The notes under the pieces are model-generated. The model saw only the letters and a program-made list of their open reading frames with translations, searched no databases and had not been told where the DNA came from. 64,000 nt of DNA from a virus: UHGV virus genome UHGV-0039337. One strand, given 5' to 3'. Below, piece by piece: positions 20,325 to 30,296 of the stretch (position 1 is the stretch's first letter; each line of letters begins with the position of its first letter). A program made the translations under genes and the position numbers.

Positions 20325-21632
20325 TTAAAATTTATCACTCTCTAATAACTCCATAAGTTGTGGAATATCTACTCCAAACCCTTCTTCTATTATCGTTTTA
20401 GTTTTGGTTATATAACCATCCCAAGTAAACTTACTTATAGGTGCTTGATATTCAACTCTTTTATACTTAGGTTTCTTAGTAGCAGATGTGCCAAATAAGA
20501 CTTTTGCTCTAAGAACTTCGAATGAATAACCTCTACCTGATTTCTCTATATTCTTAATTAGATTATTAACACTTTCAGTATAAGCATTTGTAATGGTACA
20601 TTCAAAGTAATTAAATATCTCATGCTTCCAGTTATCAACTGTTTTAGCAACTTCTTGATAGTATTTCATATCTTCTGGTATGCTTGCTTTCCATTCAAGA
20701 TAAGCATTATAAGCATCGTTCTTATTCTCATACTTATATATCTGCCTAAACTGTTCTTTAAGTTCATATGCCAACTTTAACTGTGGAAACTCTGCAAATA
20801 TTATTTCAAGTTTCCATATATCTCTAGCCTCTAAGTCCTCGTGATTCCTTAGAAGTAAGAATCTTTCCTTTAATAACTTAGACCTTCGCTTAGCATCTAG
20901 AGTTGCTCTAAAAGCCTTTCTCTCGTTTTCTAGTGCCTTTGTAATAAGTTGTATTACATGGAATTTATCAACTATTACCATAGCATTTGGTAACACCTCA
21001 TATACTGCCTCTTTGTAGTATCTCCACATATCTATTGTGACTACTTCTATATCATACTTGTTAGGCAATTTGTTTAAGAATGCTTTTACATCTGACTTCT
21101 TTCTGCTAGGCTGGATGTCTAATACCTTTCTACCAATTATATCTGTATAAACAGCTCTCATGCTCTTATTTAGATGTGCTTCATCTATACCTAGTATAAT
21201 TGGAGTAGTGTAGTCTAAATCCTTTTCTGTCTCTTTTACATAGCTCTCAAAGATACGTTTTACTGTAGTAGGTGAAATACTATATTCTTCTGCTATATTA
21301 GCAAATGGCTTTTTAAGAGATTCTCTTTCTATCTGTTCTCTTAAACGTATAGTGATTTTATCTCTATCATCTATGCTTTCATAATGCTGACTAAATGTAC
21401 TTTTACAGTATTTGCATTTATATCTGTTAGTGTGTATTTCAATACCTACACGCTTTCCAAAACTGTTTAAATCTCTTACAAACCTTTTAGACTTGCCATG
21501 CTTATAGTATTCCACTCCACCGCACTCAGGACATGCTAGAGGCTCTTTAACTGGTTTAACTATTACTGTCATATCGTGTTCATCTTGTATTGTGTCTATA
21601 ACTTCAAACTCTGGTAAATTTAGTATGTTCAT
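20325..21632 (-). CDS. ISL3-family transposase
   Basis: N-terminal zinc-finger CPECG...YKCKYCKSTF and the LNLPEF start typical of ISL3 transposases; 435 aa DDE-type. Confidence 0.8.
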   Translation of the reverse strand: MNILNLPEFEVIDTIQDEHDMTVIVKPVKEPLACPECGGVEYYKHGKSKRFVRDLNSFGKRVGIEIHTNRYKCKYCKSTFSQHYESIDDRDKITIRLREQIERESLKKPFANIAEEYSISPTTVKRIFESYVKETEKDLDYTTPIILGIDEAHLNKSMRAVYTDIIGRKVLDIQPSRKKSDVKAFLNKLPNKYDIEVVTIDMWRYYKEAVYEVLPNAMVIVDKFHVIQLITKALENERKAFRATLDAKRRSKLLKERFLLLRNHEDLEARDIWKLEIIFAEFPQLKLAYELKEQFRQIYKYENKNDAYNAYLEWKASIPEDMKYYQEVAKTVDNWKHEIFNYFECTITNAYTESVNNLIKNIEKSGRGYSFEVLRAKVLFGTSATKKPKYKRVEYQAPISKFTWDGYITKTKTIIEEGFGVDIPQLMELLESDKF

Positions 21633-21633
21633 A

Positions 21634-21996
21634 TTACTCTCTTTCTAATAATTCTGGATTTTCATATATATTACCTATAACTTCCATAAATTCTGAAACA
21701 TTATATATCGGTAATAAGTAATCTCCCTCTACATCGATAAAAAACATACCTTTAGAATATATTATTTGACCCATATGTTCTTTAGTTTTAACTATATCCC
21801 CTTCATAAATTTCTTTTTCGTGTTTATCTTTTACTCCTGTCCATTGCATTAATCTACAAACATATGGATAAGGTGCACTCCAACGTCTACATTCTTCATC
21901 TTCCATTCTTACTTCATAATCTTCTAAGTTTATTGAAGTAACTTTTGCTATTTCTTCTTTTTCTCTATCCCACGCTCTAAATTTAATTTCTCTCAT
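21634..21996 (-). CDS. YopX-like phage protein
   Basis: MREIKFRAWD N-terminus and IGNIYENPELL C-terminus characteristic of the YopX family. Confidence 0.55.
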   Translation of the reverse strand: MREIKFRAWDREKEEIAKVTSINLEDYEVRMEDEECRRWSAPYPYVCRLMQWTGVKDKHEKEIYEGDIVKTKEHMGQIIYSKGMFFIDVEGDYLLPIYNVSEFMEVIGNIYENPELLERE

Positions 21997-22267
21997 ATTA
22001 AACCTCCCATATAATTTAATTACCTAAATTATACCACAGTTCTAGCCATATTTTCCACAGTTAAAGTTATTTCGAGTAATAAATTTTATATTCACTTTTC
22101 AATGTACGTTTTCTTACTAATCCACAGTTATAGTTTCATACCCGTTATTTTATATCTTATATTAGTTCTTTTATCCGTAAAGAAAGTCGTTCGTTTATGT
22201 TGCCATATCAATTTCATTTAGTCGTCTCCAAAATTATTTTACCATTCATCATAGGTACTTAAATCTA

Positions 22268-22798
22268 TTATTTCTCTCCTTTATTATTATCATTATAGGC
22301 AAATACATCATTAAATCTATCTAAATCTAATAAATTATTTTTTACCAAGATATTCAAAGTTGAAATTATCTTACAAGTATCATCATTGCAATTTAGATAT
22401 AAATTTTCTATCATACATTTATCACAAGTATTATAGTCAAATGAATGTATAACTTTATCAAAAAAATTTGCAAGTGCTTTTCGTGAATGTTCGCTTTCTC
22501 GTGCACAACAATACTCTTCAACTAATTGCTCTTTAGTTTTTCCACAATCAGCTAATAAATAATTTAATAAATCATCCGTACTATATTCTACCAACTCAAG
22601 CATATCAAAAGAACAAGTAAATGGATAATATTTAGAATCAAATATTTTACAAGTTCTATATTTTTCATCTACATCTATAACAGTAAATATCATACCTGCA
22701 AATTGTGTCATATTATCTAAATAAACAATTCCATCATAGCTTTCACCTACAACTAAATCACTTCTTAATCTAACTTTATCTCCATTTTTTATTTTCAT
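22268..22798 (-). CDS. hypothetical protein with an N-terminal KxGDxV...VG..YG domain
   Basis: N-terminal domain homologous to the repeats of 23763..24584. Confidence 0.45.
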   Translation of the reverse strand: MKIKNGDKVRLRSDLVVGESYDGIVYLDNMTQFAGMIFTVIDVDEKYRTCKIFDSKYYPFTCSFDMLELVEYSTDDLLNYLLADCGKTKEQLVEEYCCARESEHSRKALANFFDKVIHSFDYNTCDKCMIENLYLNCNDDTCKIISTLNILVKNNLLDLDRFNDVFAYNDNNKGEK

Positions 22799-22821
22799 AA
22801 TATCATCTCCTTATTATTTTA

Positions 22822-23202
22822 TCATTCATCATAACTGCTTACATCTATTATTTCACCACATATAGGACATCTTAATTCAACAATGGTTATTACATTACTT
22901 GGTGTAACAGTATATACAAAACTTCTATACCCTGTATCACATTTTTTATAATGTTCATGTATAAATTCTTCTGCTCTTTTCTTTTGTTTATCTGATAATG
23001 TAGCTAAACTATTTCTTTTATAAAAATCTAGTTCTTCTTTTAATCTTTTTAATTCTTTATCTTTAAATTTTTCATCTTTAATTTCCAGGTATGCTTTTCT
23101 ATAATCTTCTTTATCTTCTTCTAATAATTCTATCAAAGCTTGTAGCTCTTTTAATGAATCTTTAATGCTTTTTCCTCTAAGAACTGCTTTTTTCCAATCC
23201 AT
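22822..23202 (-). CDS. coiled-coil protein with a C-terminal zinc ribbon
   Basis: CPICGE near the C-terminus. Confidence 0.4.
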   Translation of the reverse strand: MDWKKAVLRGKSIKDSLKELQALIELLEEDKEDYRKAYLEIKDEKFKDKELKRLKEELDFYKRNSLATLSDKQKKRAEEFIHEHYKKCDTGYRSFVYTVTPSNVITIVELRCPICGEIIDVSSYDE

Positions 23203-23217
23203 AATATCTCCTCCTTA

Positions 23218-23622
23218 TTAATAACAGTATGAAAATACTAAAGTATCATTTTCCCAATCAAATGTATCATATAATTCTTCTAATGATTCTATATCTTCTT
23301 TTAATGTCTCAACATCTTCTTTTGATAAACTATATAAATTTGATATATATTGTTTCAATTCTTCTCGAGTGATTAAAGTAAAACCATTGGTATCATAAGC
23401 ATTGTAAACTCTTTTATTCATTGATACTAATGTTTGTCTTAGTATTATCACTTGTACCCAGTCATTATCTAATAGTGGTAAATCAATACTAGATTCAAAT
23501 TTATAAAAGTTATCTTCACCTATACAATTATATATTTTATTTCTCAAATTTGCATATTTATTTAAGTCATCTTGATTTCCTATTTTTATTCTTATCTTAG
23601 TGAATCCACCTTCATATTCCAT
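23218..23622 (-). CDS. hypothetical protein (134 aa)
   Basis: ORF. Confidence 0.4.
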   Translation of the reverse strand: MEYEGGFTKIRIKIGNQDDLNKYANLRNKIYNCIGEDNFYKFESSIDLPLLDNDWVQVIILRQTLVSMNKRVYNAYDTNGFTLITREELKQYISNLYSLSKEDVETLKEDIESLEELYDTFDWENDTLVFSYCY

Positions 23623-23762
23623 AATATTCCTCCTAATTAATAAGTAATAAAAGAAATCCTAATACTATCATTCCAATACCTAATAGTATTTCACCTAATA
23701 TTAACGCTATTATTCCTAATCCTATTTCCATCCCAGCTATAATAGCCACTTTATTTCCTCCT

Positions 23763-24584
23763 TTATTGATTCTTGTATTCTCTTTCAACTAACCATAGTA
23801 GACAATAATTTATTAGGTCTAATATAGTATCCTCGATTTTTTCATCTTTTAATAATTGTTGTGTTGCATTCGGATCATATAGTGCTAATAATCTGTTATA
23901 TTTATCTGTTATGTGTATTAGAAATGACATGTCACCAAACTTTTCATAAGTATTTGCAACGCTATTACCATAATCCTCAGTTTCAGCTTTATAGGTTTCC
24001 TCTAAATCGTTTAGTAAATATCTATATATAGCTAATCTAATTTTTTTAGCTTGCTCTAAATCCTTTTTTGTTGTAGACTGCTCTAAATCCTTTTTCGCTT
24101 CAACAAGTTCTAACATATCTTTATTCCATGAATAATGATTATTTTCATTTGTTAAATAAAAATCACCGTCATCGTCTATCTTTTCTATAGTATCAATTGC
24201 TCCTCTGAATCTTAGCATAGTGTCTAAAACATTGCAGTTACCATATTTTTCTCCTACCTGTAAGTCGTTTCTTATTTTAACCGTATCTCCCACTTTATAA
24301 TTCATATTATTTTTCTCTTTTATTTTCTCTACGCAATTAGATTGTTCTAAGTCATTTTTTGCTTTAACAAGTTCTACCATGTCCTTGTTCCACACATAAG
24401 GTGTATTGTCATCTAAACATAAATCACCATCAGGGTCTATATATTCTATAATATGTGTTGTTCCTCTGTATTCCAACATACCCTCTGTAACACGACACGT
24501 TCCATATTTTTTCCCTACTTGTAAATCATTTCTTACTTTAACAACATCTCCTATTTTATATTTCATATTTATCTCTCCTAACAA
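23763..24584 (-). CDS. protein with two tandem ~70-aa repeats (YK(I/V)GD.VK(V/I)RNDLQVG.KYG.C...WNKDM(V/L)ELV)
   Basis: Internal duplication visible at both protein and DNA level. Confidence 0.5.
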   Translation of the reverse strand: MLGEINMKYKIGDVVKVRNDLQVGKKYGTCRVTEGMLEYRGTTHIIEYIDPDGDLCLDDNTPYVWNKDMVELVKAKNDLEQSNCVEKIKEKNNMNYKVGDTVKIRNDLQVGEKYGNCNVLDTMLRFRGAIDTIEKIDDDGDFYLTNENNHYSWNKDMLELVEAKKDLEQSTTKKDLEQAKKIRLAIYRYLLNDLEETYKAETEDYGNSVANTYEKFGDMSFLIHITDKYNRLLALYDPNATQQLLKDEKIEDTILDLINYCLLWLVEREYKNQ

Positions 24585-24846
24585 TCAAATTTTTATTTGT
24601 ATACAAAATCAATAAAAGTCATAATCAATGAAACACCAATTATAAGTAAAATTATTTTTCCTATTAAATCTTGATATAACCAATAAAATATTATAGCTAT
24701 CAAGGTGACACCTAAAACAAATATAGCTAATGCAATAAAGGTTAAAAGCCATCTTTTTAAAAACTCCATGTTATCCTCCTCATTAATAATCGCTCTTTAT
24801 GTTTATAATATGTTTAAATTATGCAAGAAAATGAACCTATTTTTAA

Positions 24847-25011
24847 TTAGTATAATAAATTAATTCCACTTAAATTACTACCAGTTAAATCACTATTTCT
24901 TAAATCACTACCACTTAAATCACTACCACTTAAATCAGCATATTCTCCACCTTTATTATTTAGCCATAATTTATGATTCTTTAATATTTCATCTAATTTT
25001 TTTATTGTCAA
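24847..25011 (-). CDS. small pentapeptide-repeat protein (about 54 aa, TTG start) or remnant
   Basis: Translation ...ADLSGSDLSGSDLRNSDLTGSNLSGI* from the 15-bp DNA repeats CACTTAAATCACTAC; GGTGGTG 5 nt upstream of the TTG. Confidence 0.3.
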   Translation of the reverse strand: MTIKKLDEILKNHKLWLNNKGGEYADLSGSDLSGSDLRNSDLTGSNLSGINLLY

Positions 25012-25034
25012 TTCACACCACTACCTTTATGTTA

Positions 25035-25463
25035 CTATTTTTCATTCCATTTCTTAATTTCTTTTTCCAATTCAATTTCATTCATCATAGCTTGTATAAA
25101 TTGTCTCCAAGTTAAGTTAAATTTTTTTAAATCCTTATCAACACCATTCATTATTTTAGTATATTCTTCTCTTGAATCACATAATATAAGTTTTTTATGC
25201 CATTTATTGACTAATTCACAAATGATCATACAATTATATTCTAATTCACAAGCATCTATACTTAATCTTTTTTCAATTATGTTAAATACAGTATTTTTAT
25301 CCTTAATTAACAAACGAGCGGGGATTAATAATTTTTCCCCACAATCTAATTCCACAAATGCCGATGAAGTTGTCTTATTTATACTTAATATAGTCCCTCT
25401 TTTACCACTAATTGTAGTAGAATTTCCCCCTATAATAACTTTATCTCCAACTTTAAAATCCAC
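25035..25463 (-). CDS. hypothetical protein (142 aa)
   Basis: ORF. Confidence 0.45.
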   Translation of the reverse strand: MDFKVGDKVIIGGNSTTISGKRGTILSINKTTSSAFVELDCGEKLLIPARLLIKDKNTVFNIIEKRLSIDACELEYNCMIICELVNKWHKKLILCDSREEYTKIMNGVDKDLKKFNLTWRQFIQAMMNEIELEKEIKKWNEK

Positions 25464-25500
25464 AATTACTAACCTCCTTTATTATACAATTATATTTTTC

Positions 25501-25692
25501 CTAATTATCTAAACTCATCATGAATATACCAAACCAATATATACAGGATACTATCAATAATAGCCATAAATACGTAGAAAATGCATTTATATATCCCATA
25601 AGATTAAATATTCCCCAAGCCATTCCAGTTATACATACCACGCAAATGATATAAAACAAACCACCTGCTTTTATAACATCCCAATCAATCAT
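25501..25692 (-). CDS. small membrane protein (63 aa)
   Basis: Two TM helices. Confidence 0.35.
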   Translation of the reverse strand: MIDWDVIKAGGLFYIICVVCITGMAWGIFNLMGYINAFSTYLWLLLIVSCIYWFGIFMMSLDN

Positions 25693-25869
25693 ATAATATC
25701 TCTCCTATCTATAATTAATTCTATCTCCAACTTCAAAATTCATAATTATTGACCTCCTTTACTACTTACTTTAATATTTTATAGCATTTTGTTTATTTAT
25801 AAAGAAATGTATACCAGTTGAAACCTTTGTATTTCTATAAATACTAACACTTTAATCTTTATAAGTAAA

Positions 25870-26103
25870 CTATTGACTAATATTTTTTACTTCCAATAAT
25901 TCAAAACGTTTAATAACGGGATTGAATTTTAATTTTAGTGATACATTATTTTCAAATATAACAGTAATTATATTCTCACCAACTTGTTTAATCTCTTTTA
26001 TATCAGTAGTTAGATTATAATTAATTGCAAAGAATGTGCTTATGATATTTAAATTGATATTCTTATCTTTTATATTTTTTAATATATCTGAAATTTCACC
26101 CAT
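25870..26103 (-). CDS. hypothetical protein (77 aa)
   Basis: ORF. Confidence 0.4.
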   Translation of the reverse strand: MGEISDILKNIKDKNINLNIISTFFAINYNLTTDIKEIKQVGENIITVIFENNVSLKLKFNPVIKRFELLEVKNISQ

Positions 26104-26148
26104 TACATTGCCTCCTTATTTTATTTTGAACATACCTATATCTCATAT

Positions 26149-26703
26149 TTACATTTTCCATTCTTTATTTATTTCATCTTTTATTGTATATATAATTTTT
26201 TTCAATAAACCTTCATAATCGTCAATATTTATATAATTTCTAATACCATTCCATTTAGTTTCTATAGGTTTACATATATATTCATTTATTACAGAAGGTT
26301 CAAATTTGCTATCTTTATCGTATAATATATCAAATGATAGTTTATATGATACCTTATTATCATCTTTAACAGTTAATACTTTATCTATAGAAATTATCCT
26401 TTCATCAGAATGTGTAAGGATATCTTTCTTTTTTATCAAAGAGTCATATATAAGATCTGCACTGATATCGTCAGATTCAGTATCGATTGAAACTTTAATT
26501 TCTATTCTATATTCATCATATGTTTTCATTGATCTTTCTGTCTTCTTTTTTACTTGATAACAACTGACTTCGTATTTGCCATGATCTTTAAGAAAATTCT
26601 TATAATCCATAGCTTCTTCTAAAGTATCACAATACTCTCTATATACATAAGCAGATTTTATTTCGTAATCTTTATATTGCACAACATAAATTTTATTTTC
26701 CAT
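26149..26703 (-). CDS. hypothetical protein (184 aa)
   Basis: ORF. Confidence 0.45.
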   Translation of the reverse strand: MENKIYVVQYKDYEIKSAYVYREYCDTLEEAMDYKNFLKDHGKYEVSCYQVKKKTERSMKTYDEYRIEIKVSIDTESDDISADLIYDSLIKKKDILTHSDERIISIDKVLTVKDDNKVSYKLSFDILYDKDSKFEPSVINEYICKPIETKWNGIRNYINIDDYEGLLKKIIYTIKDEINKEWKM

Positions 26704-26890
26704 AATATCAATCTCCTTTTATTAATTAAAATAAATTTCTATTTATACAATCTATTGCTTCTATAGCAATATTATTTATTTCTATTTGATCCTTAGCTAA
26801 TATTGTATTAATCAAATTTATAACTTCTTCATTTTCTTCTAACTCAATGATTGGTCTTTTAAGATTATAACAAATATGAGAGGATATATT

Positions 26891-27121
26891 TCAAAAGTAT
26901 TTAATTACCCATAGTAATAGACATGTAGCTAAATAAACAAGTAATGACTGTATATATAAGTATATTATGATTGATAGAATTATTGTAATTACATTTGGAT
27001 CTTTAGTTAGTAACTTTTGTGTTTCATTTGCTATAGGATTATACTCTAGTATCAAGAACACTATCATGTATATCTTTAGCAATATCTTCTTCTCATGATA
27101 AATAGTCACAAAATCTTTCAT
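26891..27121 (-). CDS. small membrane protein (76 aa)
   Basis: Two TM helices. Confidence 0.35.
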   Translation of the reverse strand: MKDFVTIYHEKKILLKIYMIVFLILEYNPIANETQKLLTKDPNVITIILSIIIYLYIQSLLVYLATCLLLWVIKYF

Positions 27122-27133
27122 ATTTATATCTCC

Positions 27134-27367
27134 TTAATTTTTTACTTTTCGGTCAGTTACATACTCGATTAATTCTACTTCATTACCATCTAAAAAGTGA
27201 TCGCCATTTATAGTCAATAGTTCTTCTGCAGTATTTAAATCAATTAATTGATCGTATATGTCAGGAAGTTTATCTGAATCATGAGCTGTGAAATAGACCA
27301 CCTTGTCTCTATTACGACTAGTAGGTTTTAATTTTACTCTAAATTCACGAATTATCATCATTATCAA
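27134..27367 (-). CDS. hypothetical protein (77 aa)
   Basis: ORF. Confidence 0.4.
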   Translation of the reverse strand: MIMMIIREFRVKLKPTSRNRDKVVYFTAHDSDKLPDIYDQLIDLNTAEELLTINGDHFLDGNEVELIEYVTDRKVKN

Positions 27368-27463
27368 TTCACTCCTTATAAATATTAAATTCTATATGAT
27401 TTTCTTAAATATCTTATAAGATCATTCCTTTAAAATAGGGCTATAAAAAATAGCCCTTTATTA

Positions 27464-28225
27464 TCAATCATCTTCTTCAACTTCATATTCAAGCATTGCT
27501 TTATATAGTTTTTCAGGTATTATATCTCTATATTGATTAGCAACTTCTTTAATATATTTTTCTTTGAAATTTTTATAAACTTGAAATGCTTCTTCTGGTG
27601 TGTTATAGTATCCTAAAAAATTTTGCTTTTTGTCAGTATTACAATAAGCTTTATATTTTTTACTTGATTTATTATAAGATACTCCAACTGGAAAATTACC
27701 TCTATCATTATTGCGTTTTGTAAATAATTTATTTATATTTTGAGGTACAAATATACAAGTATCAGGACTGTATATTTTATTTCCTTTTATTAATATATCT
27801 TTGTCAAGATTCATTATTTGTTCTTCTATCTCATAATAATTATCTTCAAACCATTCAGCGAAATTTTGAAAATTATGCCATGGTTCATATACTTCACATT
27901 GTTCGTATGTTGGATGCTTTTGTATATATTTAGGATCATAACATCTACACAACATTCTATTCCATATGTCATAATGTTTTGTGTGTTTTCCATTTATTGA
28001 TACATTGTATCTTCCTTCACCTATATAACCGGTGTTAAAAATTGTTTTTTCATAAGGACATTTTACTCTACCGTTTATGAAATTAATATATTGCACATGT
28101 TCTTTTGTCCAGTCATATTCAGGGAAATATACATCAATATCATTATATTTTCTGTAATCGATTATAATAATTTCATTACCAAAATTATTATGATTTATTG
28201 CGCCTATAATATTTTCTTTATCCAT
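27464..28225 (-). CDS. AP2-domain DNA-binding protein (homing-endonuclease-associated type)
   Basis: C-terminal VGVSYNK..KKYKAY......FLGYYNTPEEAFQVYKNF fits the AP2/ERF pattern (G.Y.T.EEA..Y). Confidence 0.45.
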   Translation of the reverse strand: MDKENIIGAINHNNFGNEIIIIDYRKYNDIDVYFPEYDWTKEHVQYINFINGRVKCPYEKTIFNTGYIGEGRYNVSINGKHTKHYDIWNRMLCRCYDPKYIQKHPTYEQCEVYEPWHNFQNFAEWFEDNYYEIEEQIMNLDKDILIKGNKIYSPDTCIFVPQNINKLFTKRNNDRGNFPVGVSYNKSSKKYKAYCNTDKKQNFLGYYNTPEEAFQVYKNFKEKYIKEVANQYRDIIPEKLYKAMLEYEVEEDD

Positions 28226-29336
28226 TTGCTTTATCCTTTTCTTTTTTTCTATATTCTTTTATTAAATTTTTTGTATAATTAAATAGACTATTTGGATCTT
28301 TTCTTTGATATTCTACACGTGTCCATTCCATAGGTGTTCTTGAATAATAGTCTCCATATCCTCCTGGTGCAACATGACCATTGTAAACTCCCATGCCTAT
28401 TTCTGTACCATAATATAAACATATGTCACTATCATCAAAAGAAAATAACATTTCTAATGCTTTTTTAACTCTATAAATATCATGATTAAGTGATACTGCT
28501 ATTCTTGTTTGATCATGATTATCCAAGAATACAACATCGTATTTAGGATCGTTTTTGACTGTTAATGGTTCACCTGTATTTAGTGCATGTTTTATCCAAC
28601 CTGATTCTTCAAAATTAAATGCTTTTCCTATTGTTCTAGCATATTTATTAGATTCTTCATAAGTATCCCAACATTCAGCAACTAAATAAGCATCAGGTTT
28701 TATTTTATGAACCATATGACTAAACCAGCCCCAAAATTCTATTGGATCACAACCATAACTTATATATGGAACTGCGTCTAATCTAAATCCATCTACATTA
28801 TGTTCTATCCAAAATCTTACGATATTTGTTATCATATTTCTTACTTTTTGACTACTACCATTTAAAGCTGGCATACTAGCATCCCATGGAGCATAATAGA
28901 ATTTACTATTTTCATAACAATATCTCCATTTGTTATCTATTTGAGTGTCGCTCCAAAAATAACAATCATTTTCTCCTTTGATGCTCTCTCTGAATAACTT
29001 ATTATGATAATCAGTATGACATAATACTAAATCAAGAAATATTTCTATATTTTTATTATGTGCTTTAAATATAAATTTGTCAAAATCTTCCATTGTACCA
29101 TACTGTTTTTTTACTTGATAATAATTGCTAACATTATATCCATGTTCACTTGGAGAATCAAAAATAGGAGTTAGCCACAAACTGCTAACTCCTAATTCTT
29201 CTATATAATTTAACTTATCTGCTAAGTCTTTAAAGTCTGTACAAAATGCTGGTGTATAAATTTCGTATATTATTCTTCGTTTATTATTCAAAGTATCACA
29301 TCTCCTTTTAATTTTAAATCTTTTGATCAAACTCAA
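28218..29336 (-). CDS. glycoside hydrolase family 13 (alpha-amylase superfamily) catalytic domain protein
   Basis: GVSSLWLTPIF..HGY region, DLVLCH (region I-like), GFRLDAVPY (region II with catalytic Asp); no signal peptide. Confidence 0.65.
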   Translation of the reverse strand: MSLIKRFKIKRRCDTLNNKRRIIYEIYTPAFCTDFKDLADKLNYIEELGVSSLWLTPIFDSPSEHGYNVSNYYQVKKQYGTMEDFDKFIFKAHNKNIEIFLDLVLCHTDYHNKLFRESIKGENDCYFWSDTQIDNKWRYCYENSKFYYAPWDASMPALNGSSQKVRNMITNIVRFWIEHNVDGFRLDAVPYISYGCDPIEFWGWFSHMVHKIKPDAYLVAECWDTYEESNKYARTIGKAFNFEESGWIKHALNTGEPLTVKNDPKYDVVFLDNHDQTRIAVSLNHDIYRVKKALEMLFSFDDSDICLYYGTEIGMGVYNGHVAPGGYGDYYSRTPMEWTRVEYQRKDPNSLFNYTKNLIKEYRKKEKDKANG

Positions 29337-29568
29337 AACTGTATGAAGATTTTTTACTCTTTTTAGTTATTTTTTTAGTAGTACTTTCATTTGCTTTATA
29401 TTCTTCAATGCTTTCATTTACTCCGTTTACAAATGCATTACATGTTGTTTTTCCAGCATCTTTTGTTATTCCTAAGAATAGTTTTCCAATTTCTATTGTT
29501 ATGTTACTTAAAGGTAGTATTACATCTTTACAATAACTTTTACATAATTCTTTTTGTAGCTTGCTCAT
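29314..29568 (-). CDS. hypothetical protein (84 aa)
   Basis: ORF. Confidence 0.4.
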   Translation of the reverse strand: MSKLQKELCKSYCKDVILPLSNITIEIGKLFLGITKDAGKTTCNAFVNGVNESIEEYKANESTTKKITKKSKKSSYSFEFDQKI

Positions 29569-29572
29569 GCAA

Positions 29573-29836
29573 TTATCTCCAATACATTTTTTTAATAGAT
29601 TTAATTTTTATTTTAGTATCTGGGGCTAATTCGCCCCAATCTATTGCTGGTCTATCTAATTCTATATCTAATGTTATATATTTTCCCATTGGTGATTCTG
29701 TATATGTTATTTTATTGTTTTCTTCATTAAATCCTGCACAGTCCCAATCTTTAGCATAAAATATATTGTCTATATCTTCTTCAGATACAAATGTATCTTT
29801 GATAGATTCTAATTTATTTAATAATTCTTCGTACAT
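29573..29836 (-). CDS. hypothetical protein (87 aa)
   Basis: ORF. Confidence 0.4.
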   Translation of the reverse strand: MYEELLNKLESIKDTFVSEEDIDNIFYAKDWDCAGFNEENNKITYTESPMGKYITLDIELDRPAIDWGELAPDTKIKIKSIKKMYWR

Positions 29837-29865
29837 AAAAACATCCTCCTTATATTATTTAAATA

Positions 29866-30264
29866 TTAATTTAGCGTATTAAATGCTATAAGTTCTATTC
29901 GTGATGTATAATTATAGTTTTGCTTTCTTATGTCTATTAGATTAACACCCATGTCAAGGCAATAATTGTATCTGTTAAAGAATTGTATCTTGTATGGATG
30001 ATTGCAATCTACTTTTTCGAAGTCGCCTATTTCATCAACTTTACTGTATTCAGTTTTACTATGCATATTAGGAATACGAATGCCATACATTTTATTACAA
30101 TATTCTTTAGCTTCTTTGTAATCGTTAAATAATTTTATTTCATAATCTTCTTGTGGTATCATATATCCTGATATATAATTATTAGAACTTAAACTAATCC
30201 AATTAGGACGTCCTTCCTCTTCTCTATTTATTCTTTCTATCTCTTCATATTTAACAGTTTTCAT
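29866..30264 (-). CDS. hypothetical protein (132 aa)
   Basis: ORF. Confidence 0.45.
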   Translation of the reverse strand: MKTVKYEEIERINREEEGRPNWISLSSNNYISGYMIPQEDYEIKLFNDYKEAKEYCNKMYGIRIPNMHSKTEYSKVDEIGDFEKVDCNHPYKIQFFNRYNYCLDMGVNLIDIRKQNYNYTSRIELIAFNTLN

Positions 30265-30296
30265 AAAAAAATACTCTCCTTTTTTTTAATCATGGT

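Larger units (their letters stand above)
20293..22068 (-). mobile_element. ISL3-family insertion sequence (about 1.78 kb) bounded by a 20-bp inverted repeat; it encloses the transposase and a YopX-like ORF
   Basis: Right end AACTTTAAGTGTGGAAAATA (20293-20312) matches the reverse complement of the left end TATTTTCCACAGTTAAAGTT (22049-22068) at 19 of 20 positions; extra CCACAGTT subterminal copies at 22034 and 22124. Confidence 0.6.

Noticed and set aside
24871-24940. Possible CRISPR-like or other interspersed repeat array (15-bp units)
   Set aside because: Only about 4 contiguous tandem units with no spacers. The units are in frame and encode pentapeptide repeats, so this is a coding tandem repeat rather than a CRISPR array.
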